A stretch of DNA of 64,000 nt from a bacterium (GTDB taxonomy: Bacteria > Bacteroidota > Ignavibacteria > UBA10030). How positions within the stretch are numbered: position 1 is the first letter of the stretch; each line of letters opens with the position of its first letter. A model generated the notes under the pieces. The model saw only the letters and a program-made list of their open reading frames with translations. It was not told the DNA's origin and searched no databases. The stretch spans positions 224,001-288,000 of the forward strand of contig JAZDJN010000087.1 of the NCBI GenBank assembly GCA_043803945.1, written 5' to 3'. Shown here one piece after another: positions 17,758-27,046 of this stretch. The position numbers were made by a program, and so were the translations under genes.

Positions 17758-18878
17758 ACCGTTATAAGCCCTTTAATAATTTCCTTTGCCTGTTCAACCT
17801 GATCCAGCGAGATGTGTTCATCGGTAGTGTGTGCCTGTGCAATGTTGCCCGGCCCGAATACCACCGAAGGGATTCCAAAATTATTGTAAAAGCCTGCATC
17901 CGTTGCATAGTGTGCAGTTTCGAGGCTTACCGATCCTGTCACGCGACGAATGGGCTCGGAGAGCAGGCGGACAATCCCTGCTTCCTCTGCAAGCTCCATT
18001 CCTGCAACTGAGAGATACGGCAGATCGGCATGCCAATCCGGAAGTCCCTGCAGCCCGGCAAGGGCAGCCTCGAAGACATCGCCGGTGGTTTCTCCCGGCA
18101 CCGTGCGCCGGTCGATCTCAATGCTGCATCTATCGGGAACAATGTTGACCGCCTCTCCTCCTTCAATCACTCCCACACTGATCGTTGGTGAGCCAAGGAG
18201 CGGATGCGGCCTTCGCATATGCAATCGTTGTGCATATTCTTCAATGCGTTTCACCACGTTAGCCATTGCATAGATCGCATTCGATCCACGCTCCGGATAG
18301 GCCGAATGAGCAGCAATGCCGGTGGTATGAATTTTCCATCGCGTCACACCTTTGTGTGCCCGGACAATGCTGAGCTGCGTTGGCTCACCGACAATACCGA
18401 AATCCGCCTGCAGTTGATCACACGCCGCCATTGCTCCACTGAACCGGTATTCCTCATCACACACAAACAGCAACACGAGATTATATTTGAACTGCCCGTT
18501 GATGGCGAGAACATCGATCACGGCCTGCAGTAATGCGGCAATTGCTCCTTTGGTATCGCAAGCACCGCGGCCGAACAGTTTTCCATCCCTGATAACAGGA
18601 TCAAAGGGAGCGATACTCATCGCGTCTGCATGAACAGTATCGAGGTGAGCCTCAAGCAAGAGTGTTTGAGGGGCTTTGACATCAATGCGACCAATCACAT
18701 TGGGCCGCCCCGGAAGCACTTCAATCACTTGCGTATCGATCGCATGGGCTTTCAACAGTTGAGCGATGTGCTCGGCAATGGCTTTTTCTGAATACTCGTC
18801 TCCGATTTTCGTGCGCCCCATGGGATTCATGCTCGGAATCGCAACAAGCTCAGAAAGCAGGTGAATGACTGACTCCAT
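17754..18878 (-). CDS. M20 family (ArgE/DapE-like) deacylase
   Basis: AHLDTV, GRGACDTKG, DEE, GEPT, AAHS..P..G.NAI, AH..DE. Confidence 0.92.
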   Translation of the reverse strand: MESVIHLLSELVAIPSMNPMGRTKIGDEYSEKAIAEHIAQLLKAHAIDTQVIEVLPGRPNVIGRIDVKAPQTLLLEAHLDTVHADAMSIAPFDPVIRDGKLFGRGACDTKGAIAALLQAVIDVLAINGQFKYNLVLLFVCDEEYRFSGAMAACDQLQADFGIVGEPTQLSIVRAHKGVTRWKIHTTGIAAHSAYPERGSNAIYAMANVVKRIEEYAQRLHMRRPHPLLGSPTISVGVIEGGEAVNIVPDRCSIEIDRRTVPGETTGDVFEAALAGLQGLPDWHADLPYLSVAGMELAEEAGIVRLLSEPIRRVTGSVSLETAHYATDAGFYNNFGIPSVVFGPGNIAQAHTTDEHISLDQVEQAKEIIKGLITV

Positions 18879-18880
18879 GG

Positions 18881-19501
18881 TTATTCTTCCTCAATAGCAA
18901 AAACTCGTGCCGGAGCTCCATCTGCGCCTTTGATGAGAAGGGGTGCAGCGACAAGTGTAATTCTTCCCTCGTGCAGGTGTGCAGTGTTGTTAAGATTTGT
19001 GATCAGCGGAATACCCTGTTTGAGCAAGATGTAATGAGTCTCGAGTGTAAAGGGCGTGTCGGCCGCTACAACTGTGGTTCCCAATGCTGCCAAGTATTCT
19101 GCCGCCTCTGGCGACAAAGGTGGATAGGTTTGATAATAATCTTCCCGCCCAAAAAATTTATCCCAGCCGGTTTTTAACACAACACCGCTCTGTTGTACGT
19201 TAAACTTTTGCTGTAGCTCTTCTTTTGTGATGGCGCGTCTGGATTCGCGGGGTGAAAAATCCAAAACCATTGCATGAGAATACCAGAGCGCCGGATCATA
19301 CTGATCAATGGTCGGCATTCCCTGAAAGACATGGCTTGGCGCATCGATGTGGGTTCCTGTATGTGTACCAATGCTGAGACGTGTTACCTCACAACGGTGT
19401 TCTGAGAAATTAGCCGTGCGCTCCAACGATGTAGCCGGGTGCCATGGAAAATACACCCGCAGAGCAGAATCAATCGGATGTGTCAGATCTATGACGTTCA
19501 T
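18881..19501 (-). CDS. Cyclase family metal-dependent hydrolase (kynurenine formamidase-like)
   Basis: IDLTHPI, HTGTHIDAPSH signature, GADGAPARVFA. Confidence 0.9.
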   Translation of the reverse strand: MNVIDLTHPIDSALRVYFPWHPATSLERTANFSEHRCEVTRLSIGTHTGTHIDAPSHVFQGMPTIDQYDPALWYSHAMVLDFSPRESRRAITKEELQQKFNVQQSGVVLKTGWDKFFGREDYYQTYPPLSPEAAEYLAALGTTVVAADTPFTLETHYILLKQGIPLITNLNNTAHLHEGRITLVAAPLLIKGADGAPARVFAIEEE

Positions 19502-19821
19502 ACATCGATATCCTCGGTATGATGTCCTTCAGCGCGTTGAGGTGAAACATTTTTATCGGGCACCCAGATGATAGCGTCGACCGGACACGCTTCAAAACAG
19601 AGACCGCAGCCAGTGCAGTAATCCGGAATCACCACGGCAACCCGTTTGAAAAGATGCTGTGCGCGGTGTTCCATGACCAGTGCATCGAAAAAGCAGAGCG
19701 GCGGACAACGATCGCAGCCAATGCACAGTGATTCAACCGCTGCCGCAATAGGCGGATGCTCCTTGACGAAGGGAGGCGGAAGCGGTGCAAGTCCGCGATA
19801 TCTTGAGCGCTGATCAGTCAT
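19498..19821 (-). CDS. 2x[4Fe-4S] ferredoxin-like protein
   Basis: CIGCDRC...C and CTGCGLCFEACP motifs. Confidence 0.85.
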   Translation of the reverse strand: MTDQRSRYRGLAPLPPPFVKEHPPIAAAVESLCIGCDRCPPLCFFDALVMEHRAQHLFKRVAVVIPDYCTGCGLCFEACPVDAIIWVPDKNVSPQRAEGHHTEDIDV

Positions 19822-19824
19822 CTT

Positions 19825-20862
19825 CTATTTCGGTTCGTTCCATATATTCCGAGATCCGGATTTCGGCTCACCCGACCAGCGAATAATGTCATCGGGATGT
19901 GTCATATGCTGAAGCGCCTTGCCGCGGATCTGATCAAGCGAGTTCAGCTCCTTCCGCTTGAGATACTCTTCGATTTCCACGTTCACCCGGTTGATGGTCT
20001 CCCACCCATTGATCATAACCGCCGAGAGCATTTGGATGGTCGTTGCACCGAGAAGCACATACTTGACAACATCCAATCCTGACATAACACCGCCAGTTGC
20101 GCTGATTGGAATGGAAATCGATTGGGCTGCTTCTGCAACGTAGCGGAAGTTATAGTACTTCGCCCATGGCCCCCCGATCCCGGCATAATACCCATGAAGG
20201 ATCGGCTGTTGGCTTTCAACGTCGACATCAAATCCGCGAATGCGATTGCACAGCGAGACTGCCGATGCGCCGCATTCCTGTGCAGCAAAACATTGATGAA
20301 GAAGATCGGGGCTCGGAGCGAATTTTACCAGTACCGGGATCTTCACCGCCTGTACCACAGCCTTAATTGCAGCGACGAATGTTGTTTCAAATTCCAGGCT
20401 GCCCGGCCGATGCGGTGAGGAGATATCGAGTTCAAGAGCATCGGCACCGCTCTCTTCCACTTTATTTGCCATTGCCGCCCAATCGCCTGCCTCATCGGCA
20501 AATATACTTCCAATAATCGGAATGATAGCATGCTCCTTGCTCACCTGGATGAAGCGCCAGTAATCCTCCAGTGTTCCGCTGTACCCCTGTTCGTAGGAAT
20601 AGAGGCTGAACATTTTCGATCGGCCACGAATTTGTTTATCCCAATCCAGCAGCTTATACCGGGGCCGGGGCCAGTTCCGCATATGGGCATATTTGTCGGA
20701 ACATGCTGTCTTCAACACAACCGCGCCCGCACCATGATTCTGGGCAAACCGAATCTGGTTGACATCATGACTCGCCGGTCCGGAGGCCACTATCACCGGG
20801 GTGCGAAGTGTGAATCCCAAAAACGATGTGGTTAAGGACACTGCGTTCTCTTCAGCCTCCAT
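19825..20862 (-). CDS. Dihydroorotate/dihydropyrimidine dehydrogenase (PreA)-like FMN TIM-barrel protein
   Basis: P.IVASGP, GAGAVVLKT, ADALELDISSPH, IPVLVK, IPISATGGV, LLGATTIQ. Confidence 0.82.
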   Translation of the reverse strand: MEAEENAVSLTTSFLGFTLRTPVIVASGPASHDVNQIRFAQNHGAGAVVLKTACSDKYAHMRNWPRPRYKLLDWDKQIRGRSKMFSLYSYEQGYSGTLEDYWRFIQVSKEHAIIPIIGSIFADEAGDWAAMANKVEESGADALELDISSPHRPGSLEFETTFVAAIKAVVQAVKIPVLVKFAPSPDLLHQCFAAQECGASAVSLCNRIRGFDVDVESQQPILHGYYAGIGGPWAKYYNFRYVAEAAQSISIPISATGGVMSGLDVVKYVLLGATTIQMLSAVMINGWETINRVNVEIEEYLKRKELNSLDQIRGKALQHMTHPDDIIRWSGEPKSGSRNIWNEPK

Positions 20863-20871
20863 TTATAATGC

Positions 20872-21981
20872 TTACGAAAGAGAAAACTCCTGCTCCCGTA
20901 CAAAATACCTGCGCATGACGCTGCTTTTCAACTGGTAACAATTGCCAATGCCAGATGGAATTTCGATGCATCCATTTCGCACCTCAAGCAATGGATCAAT
21001 TATGTCATCCACAAACCAGCGGTGTGATGCTTCAACATCGGTCGGGTATGTGAAATTTGGAAGTGTTGCCAGATGCACAGTCTGTGCTCCGCCGATGCCA
21101 AGCTCCGGCATGGTGCCGCCCCAGACAGGAACGCCTGCCTCTGCACAGAGATCATGAATCTCTTTAGCGTTCTGTAATCCGCCTACCCGCTGAATTTTTA
21201 TATTCACAATCTTACATGCCTTCATAGCAAGAGCATCTCGAACAGTATTGCTATCCTTTGCACTTTCATCGAGACATACTGGTGTAGAAATCTTTTCCTG
21301 AAGTTTTGCGTGTCCTTCAAGGTCGTCTTTCGGCAGCGGCTGCTCAATCATCATCAATCCAAATTCGTCAAGTCGATGCAGGTGTCCGATATCGGCTTGC
21401 GTATACGCGCAGTTCGCATCGACCATCAAGTTCATCGACGGATATTCTTTCCGTAGTACGCTCAACGGTTCAATGTCCCAACCCGGCTGGATTTTAATTT
21501 TAAGACGTTTATAGCCATCCGCCATGGAGCGGGTAATCGCTGAGAGCAACTCTGAAACCGAAGGATAGATTCCTACTGCCAATCCTGAGTCGACACACGT
21601 TCGTTCACCTCCGAGCCGCTGGTACAGGGGCTGCTGTGCTTGCTGAGCTTCAAGATCCCAATACGCAGTCTCAATTCCCGCTTTTGCGAATGCATTCCCT
21701 TTGATTGCGCTTACTACCTGATTTATTTGTTCGACAGATTCCGGATGACGCACTTGCACCCGTGGAATAATTTCTTGTACCAGGCAATCCCAGGTTGATT
21801 CCGGCGTTTCATCCGAATAGAATGCCCCCGCCATCGGCGATGCTTCTCCATAACCAATTGCTCCATCGGCATACACACCGATGATAATGCCATCTTTCTC
21901 GCTTACTGTACCGTTGCTTATCCTGAACGGTTCAATGAGCGGGATTCTGACGTGGGTGATCGTTATGCGTTCAACGTTCAT
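20872..21981 (-). CDS. o-succinylbenzoate synthase / N-acylamino acid racemase (enolase superfamily, NSAR/OSBS type)
   Basis: KIKIQPG, VDAN, IEQP, LDES, NIKIQRVGG. No other menaquinone genes nearby. Confidence 0.88.
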   Translation of the reverse strand: MNVERITITHVRIPLIEPFRISNGTVSEKDGIIIGVYADGAIGYGEASPMAGAFYSDETPESTWDCLVQEIIPRVQVRHPESVEQINQVVSAIKGNAFAKAGIETAYWDLEAQQAQQPLYQRLGGERTCVDSGLAVGIYPSVSELLSAITRSMADGYKRLKIKIQPGWDIEPLSVLRKEYPSMNLMVDANCAYTQADIGHLHRLDEFGLMMIEQPLPKDDLEGHAKLQEKISTPVCLDESAKDSNTVRDALAMKACKIVNIKIQRVGGLQNAKEIHDLCAEAGVPVWGGTMPELGIGGAQTVHLATLPNFTYPTDVEASHRWFVDDIIDPLLEVRNGCIEIPSGIGNCYQLKSSVMRRYFVREQEFSLS

Positions 21982-22874
21982 CGCCTCTTCACCGGATTCT
22001 TCAATTCGCCAATCCTTTCGATTCGGCAGGAAACTGTATCGCCCTCGCTCATTGGTCCGATTCCTTCCGGAGTGCCCGTGGAGATAACGTCCCCCGGCTC
22101 CAATGTAATGTTCTTCGAGATGAATTCAATCAATGTTGGGATATCGAAGACGAGATCTTTTGTGTTGGCCTTTTGCCTCACCTTGCCATTGACACGGCAC
22201 TCGAGATTTAACCGGAGCGGCTGCTTAAATTCCTCTGCGGTCACAATCCAGGGCCCCAGCGGCGTGAAGGTATCGAAACTTTTCGATCGAAACCAAGGAT
22301 GTTTGTTGTTGATGTCGTTTGATTGCAAATCGCGTGCGGTAACATCGTTGATGATTGTGAATCCTGCAATTGCCTTCCACGCCTCTTTTTTCTTTACGGC
22401 TGTAGTTTTCTGTCCGATCACGACTGCCAGTTCAACTTCGTGATCGATACGGCCAACATCAGCAGGAATGAGAATCGACTCATCGGGTCCGATCACCGAC
22501 GAGCCCGCTTTGGAGAAAATGATCGGTTCCACCGGGACCCGAAAGTTACCCTCCTTTGCATGCAGAGCATAATTCAATCCAAGAGCGACAATTTTTGGAG
22601 GGCGAAGAATCGGCGCCTTCATAACGGCATTGCCCCCGACAAGGTATTCTTTCTCGAGCTTGTGGCTCTTCAGAAATTCAATTACCGCCCGAAACTCCTC
22701 TTCATCGAATCGCCCTTCTGTCAGGAGTTGAAGAATTGTCGTCGTCGGCTCGACAACGATTCTTCGGGTGATCGAAGTTGCGGCGGCTTCTGCGTCGGTA
22801 TAATTTATCCATCGGCCCTTATATTCAATGCCGATACAATAACCTTGCAGGTCTTCAAATTGTGCAATCTTCAT
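21978..22874 (-). CDS. Fumarylacetoacetate hydrolase family protein
   Basis: KIVALGLNY..H, DHEVEL, NDVTARD, KSFDTFTPLGP, GDVISTGTP.G. Confidence 0.93.
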   Translation of the reverse strand: MKIAQFEDLQGYCIGIEYKGRWINYTDAEAAATSITRRIVVEPTTTILQLLTEGRFDEEEFRAVIEFLKSHKLEKEYLVGGNAVMKAPILRPPKIVALGLNYALHAKEGNFRVPVEPIIFSKAGSSVIGPDESILIPADVGRIDHEVELAVVIGQKTTAVKKKEAWKAIAGFTIINDVTARDLQSNDINNKHPWFRSKSFDTFTPLGPWIVTAEEFKQPLRLNLECRVNGKVRQKANTKDLVFDIPTLIEFISKNITLEPGDVISTGTPEGIGPMSEGDTVSCRIERIGELKNPVKRR

Positions 22875-22936
22875 GTCTGAACCAATGTGTTGATACTATT
22901 ATTGATTGATGACTACTCAGTATATCAATGGCAAAA

Positions 22937-23042
22937 CCACTGAGACACTGAGAACACAGAGCTTTCGTTATTCATTCTTATAGACTTTCAATTCTAGACA
23001 TCTACTAGTTCTCTTTTCTCTGTGTGCTCTGAGCCTCGGTGG
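22937..23042. repeat. Intergenic inverted repeat (REP-like)
   Basis: ccactgagacactgagaacacagag versus the reverse complement of 23018-23042 (ccaccgaggctcagagcacacagag), 20/25 identical. Confidence 0.7.
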
Positions 23043-23384
23043 CTGCGTAATTAGGGTAATGGGTTATTGATGATCTGCATTTTTCGTTTCCTTAAAATAC
23101 ACACCAACCGGATGCTGCCGCTCAAGTACCTGATCAGGGTACGCGAGTACACACTTGCGGCGTTCGCTCTCAAAGGTCATGTTCGACAGGGCAATTCAGG
23201 ACAATCGGCAATGATCGCCCCATGCGCTCCACGGTAATGAATTCACTATTCAATAAATCATGCAAGAGGTGAAGTTTTCCTTCCGGCGAATCAAACGACC
23301 ACTGGATCTCCAGGTAACGATATTTACCCGGCAGTTCAAGATTCTGCTGAGCGCTATAGGTTGTCATCTCACCATACCTCCTCT

Positions 23385-26078
23385 TCACACCCTCTTGAGC
23401 GTTGGGCAAGAAATATATACTGTAACTATTTCATATGGCTGAATGCTAATCTGAACGGCTCCCTCGCGTACGTCGAGATCGCCAGTGATTGTCTCGTTCA
23501 GCATAGCACGCGAGATTTTCGTAACAGGAAAGTAAAATCTGGCTGTTGTACGGATCACCTTATCAACCGGATTACTCAACCGGAGAACAATTCCGTTGCC
23601 ATCCTCTGACTCCTTCAATGCGCTGAACTGGACTTCAGCGGGTGTAACAGATAAGAACGATTGCTCCAACATGTGCTGTTCGTTTTTTCTGGCGGCAACG
23701 ATGGGCGGAACGGAAAACAACTCTGCCTCCTTCAAGATGGTTGTCCACATCTCTTCGGAGGAATCTGTCACTACAATGGCATATTCGAAGGTATGGGTGC
23801 CGAGGCATTGGGCATCGGGCGTTTCGTTCCACCACCCCGCAGCTCCACCGGGCCGTGTAATGAGATCGCGTCCGGCAAGTTTGCCGACAGAACGGAGCAG
23901 TGTCAGCGCCAGCGTTCCCCGATCCTGAAGCTTCAATTCATATTCCGGTAGCCCCTTCGTCAGGAGTGTGAATGCCTGTTTCTCATCACGAATTGTCACA
24001 AAGCGCTGCATTGGGGCTACCATTGCCGGATGTTCAATGGAAAATTGTGTTACATCATACTCACGATGCTCACGTTTCACAACGGCGAAGGGTGATTCGG
24101 CATATGACTCAGATGTGTTTATTCCTGTACGGAACAGCACGCGCAGCCTGTGATCTTTAATGGCATTATGAACCGTTGTTTTGATCTCCAGATGGCGGGA
24201 GTCGGCGGTCAATGCAACTAGAGAAGAAATCGTCAACTCTCTCTTCTTCGTTGAACGACTGCGTTCATCAAGAGATGCAGACTCTGGTACATTCATGCTG
24301 CATTCAATTTCGATCGCCGCCCGCAACGGCCCGCGCTCCACAACACTCACTTTTGGTGAAAGCTGATGAGAGTAATACCATTCATCCTTCTCCGGATACG
24401 AATAGTTATACTCATCTCCTACATCTCCTGAATCTTCAAAAATGTTCAGGTTGGAGTATTGCAATCCGGTTTCTTTATCATGCACGAGAAGAGATCCGTC
24501 TGACTGCACTTCCACCTTCAGCCATTCGTTCTCCAGTGAGGTCTCAGTAACTGTTAGAGTATTGCTGTATGAGGGTGTTTCATCTGTTCGGACAACACTG
24601 AGCCCCCTCCACCCGAATGAAGGCAACTGTTTCGCAGACACCAACACCGTAAACCGATCCACCAGTGTTTGGTGCGGGTAGTCATGTTTCGAATAGGTCA
24701 ACCCAAATGTCTCTTCTCTCTTCATAATCTGGTATGGAATTTCGTTGCCTCTGTTATCGATAAGCTTAAATCCTTGGACCGGCGGCAATTTCCCGGCAAC
24801 CTTCACTTCCGGATTTAATCCGACGACAACATCCTGCAGGTAGAATTCTACTGCCGCTTCCACCACTTCCGTTCGAACAAACGGTGACGGATTGAAGAAG
24901 AGAAGAAAACGATCGTCCTTATGAGAGGTTTCATCGTACGGCCAGAGTTGGGCAAGGCATTCTGTCTGTACGTGGGCAGCAATTTGTCTGACTTTCTTAT
25001 ATCGAACGATCATCTCCTGGTGAACTTCGTCGACGCTCGTGCCACAAATCGCATCGTGATCCTGGTTTTGGATAAGGTACTTCCAGGCCTGTTCAATCTG
25101 GGGCGTTCTGCTGCGCATCCCGGCCATCATTCCCACCACATTCAGAGGCTCAAGCGAACGTTCGAGTAATGTTTGGCATGCGGCATTCATCTGTTTTAGG
25201 TACATCCTGCTCGAGAAGACTCCGCCAAGAACGGCAAACGCATGCCGAAATCCGAATCTTGTTTCTCCATCAAGTATCTTCAGTGGTGTTCTATCGGTGA
25301 TCTCATTCCTCAGGGCCTTCACATAATCCACAAAATTGCTGTGGAGAATCGTAGCATCTTCGCTTCTGGAGAGTACCTCGATGGCCGTTGTAACATCAGC
25401 GTCCGGCCAGTGGTGGTCGCCGCCATTAAAGAAGAGCCGCTGTGATGTCGTTGCACGGGCATCGAGTTCCCGCTTTAACCGGTTAAATTTTTCTCGGATC
25501 ACCGCCTCATCGCGGCTGGCAAAGTAGCCGGCGCTGTATCCATCCTTCGGCAGATGATGCATCAACACTTGCGAACCATTGGGGCTTTTCCACCAATATT
25601 CGGAAAACTCCTGGCCGGGCTCGCCGCCAAATCCGCGATAGATCATTGCCGTATCGATGCCGAATCCTAAAAGCAACTGCGGCATCTGTGCAATATGGCC
25701 GAATTGGTCGGGGATGTAGCCAATCGGCATCACGCCCCCCAATTCATTGCCGAAGCGAAAGCCAAACAACAGGTTTCGAATCTGCGACTCACCGCTTGAT
25801 AGGAATTCATCATTCAAAATATACCATGGCCCGATGAAGAGTTTTTTCTCACGAACAAGCTGACAGATTTCGTCTTTTCGATCCGGCCTGATTTCAAGGT
25901 AGTCCAGCACGGCTGCCATCTGGCCGTCGAGCGTGTACGATTTGAATCGGGCATCCGATTTGAAAATTTCCAGTAAATCTTCAATCATATCGACGAGCAT
26001 AGCCCGAAAACGTTCGTAGGGAAAATACCACTCACGATCCCAGTGAGAGTGAGAGACAATATGGTAAGTTGGCTTCAT
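23385..26078 (-). CDS. GH38 alpha-mannosidase (MngB/mannosylglycerate hydrolase-like), cytoplasmic
   Basis: SHSHWDREWY, LDGQ, IGPWY, PDQFGH, GGDH, HDAICGTSVDEVH, DHRLRV, TLLRSVG. Confidence 0.93.
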   Translation of the reverse strand: MKPTYHIVSHSHWDREWYFPYERFRAMLVDMIEDLLEIFKSDARFKSYTLDGQMAAVLDYLEIRPDRKDEICQLVREKKLFIGPWYILNDEFLSSGESQIRNLLFGFRFGNELGGVMPIGYIPDQFGHIAQMPQLLLGFGIDTAMIYRGFGGEPGQEFSEYWWKSPNGSQVLMHHLPKDGYSAGYFASRDEAVIREKFNRLKRELDARATTSQRLFFNGGDHHWPDADVTTAIEVLSRSEDATILHSNFVDYVKALRNEITDRTPLKILDGETRFGFRHAFAVLGGVFSSRMYLKQMNAACQTLLERSLEPLNVVGMMAGMRSRTPQIEQAWKYLIQNQDHDAICGTSVDEVHQEMIVRYKKVRQIAAHVQTECLAQLWPYDETSHKDDRFLLFFNPSPFVRTEVVEAAVEFYLQDVVVGLNPEVKVAGKLPPVQGFKLIDNRGNEIPYQIMKREETFGLTYSKHDYPHQTLVDRFTVLVSAKQLPSFGWRGLSVVRTDETPSYSNTLTVTETSLENEWLKVEVQSDGSLLVHDKETGLQYSNLNIFEDSGDVGDEYNYSYPEKDEWYYSHQLSPKVSVVERGPLRAAIEIECSMNVPESASLDERSRSTKKRELTISSLVALTADSRHLEIKTTVHNAIKDHRLRVLFRTGINTSESYAESPFAVVKREHREYDVTQFSIEHPAMVAPMQRFVTIRDEKQAFTLLTKGLPEYELKLQDRGTLALTLLRSVGKLAGRDLITRPGGAAGWWNETPDAQCLGTHTFEYAIVVTDSSEEMWTTILKEAELFSVPPIVAARKNEQHMLEQSFLSVTPAEVQFSALKESEDGNGIVLRLSNPVDKVIRTTARFYFPVTKISRAMLNETITGDLDVREGAVQISIQPYEIVTVYISCPTLKRV

Positions 26079-26090
26079 CGTGTTTTTTTG

Positions 26091-27032
26091 TCAGCGGTAG
26101 TATTCATACTTTACAATTGCGGTTGATGCACCGACTGCCGTTACACAACTTGCTGCAACCCTGTTGGCAATCGCCGCGGCAGCGAACGGTTCATTTCCTT
26201 TTAACATCGCCGCAATAAACCCGGCAACAAAAGCATCGCCGGCACCCGTTGTATCGATCACTCTTCTAACTATTTTGCCTTTGATGATTTTTGCTTTCTT
26301 TCCATTATCGATGTAACATCCCTCCGCACCCAATTTCAATCCAAGAATTCCGGAGGCACCGGCCTTTCGGAAATAAGCCATGATCTCCTCTGGAGATTTT
26401 TTCCGCGACAACAGTACCGCTTCGTTATAGCTTGGAAGAAAGTAATCGACAAAAGGAAGAAACCGCTTCAATGCACCGAATGCCGTCGTTGGATTTCCAG
26501 CAGTATCCAGCAATATTTTTACGGCAGACTTTTCCTTCAACGTGCTAAAGAGAGTGCCCAACTCCTTTTCCATTTCAGGCAGCAAGCCCAGATAGCCTAC
26601 CATCAACAACGAAGCTCGTTGAATCACAGATCGATGCTGAAGAATATCTGCACCACGAAAATTCTTCATACATCCCCGTGTGTGCAAAAAAGTTCTCTCC
26701 CCGTCACACCCAACATTAACAATGGTTGCAGAGGTCTGTGCTTTCGCATCGACACGAACCCCCTCTACACTCATGCCGTGCTTGCGATATTGATTGATTA
26801 TGTAGGAGCCGAGGTCATCATCACCGACACGTGTGATGGCTCCAACACGGAATCCCAGCTTGATCAGATCGATACCGACGTTCGAGACATTGCCGCCCGT
26901 CGAGAGTGAAATCGATTCGATCAGCTTCAACCCGCCCTTTCGGGGAAGTTGCCTGAGATCCACCGGCCTGCCGATAATATCCGCAACGGCAAGCCCGGCT
27001 ACGACAACATCAAGGTGGTCAACAGAATTCAT
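26091..27032 (-). CDS. PfkB family carbohydrate kinase
   Basis: GGNVSN, VGDD.LG, DTTGAGDAFVAGF. Confidence 0.92.
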   Translation of the reverse strand: MNSVDHLDVVVAGLAVADIIGRPVDLRQLPRKGGLKLIESISLSTGGNVSNVGIDLIKLGFRVGAITRVGDDDLGSYIINQYRKHGMSVEGVRVDAKAQTSATIVNVGCDGERTFLHTRGCMKNFRGADILQHRSVIQRASLLMVGYLGLLPEMEKELGTLFSTLKEKSAVKILLDTAGNPTTAFGALKRFLPFVDYFLPSYNEAVLLSRKKSPEEIMAYFRKAGASGILGLKLGAEGCYIDNGKKAKIIKGKIVRRVIDTTGAGDAFVAGFIAAMLKGNEPFAAAAIANRVAASCVTAVGASTAIVKYEYYR

Positions 27033-27046
27033 TATTCTTTATTTCC

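Noticed and set aside
20872-21981. Menaquinone biosynthesis (menC) assignment
   Set aside because: No other men genes nearby. The M20 neighbour favours a racemase role, so no gene symbol was given.
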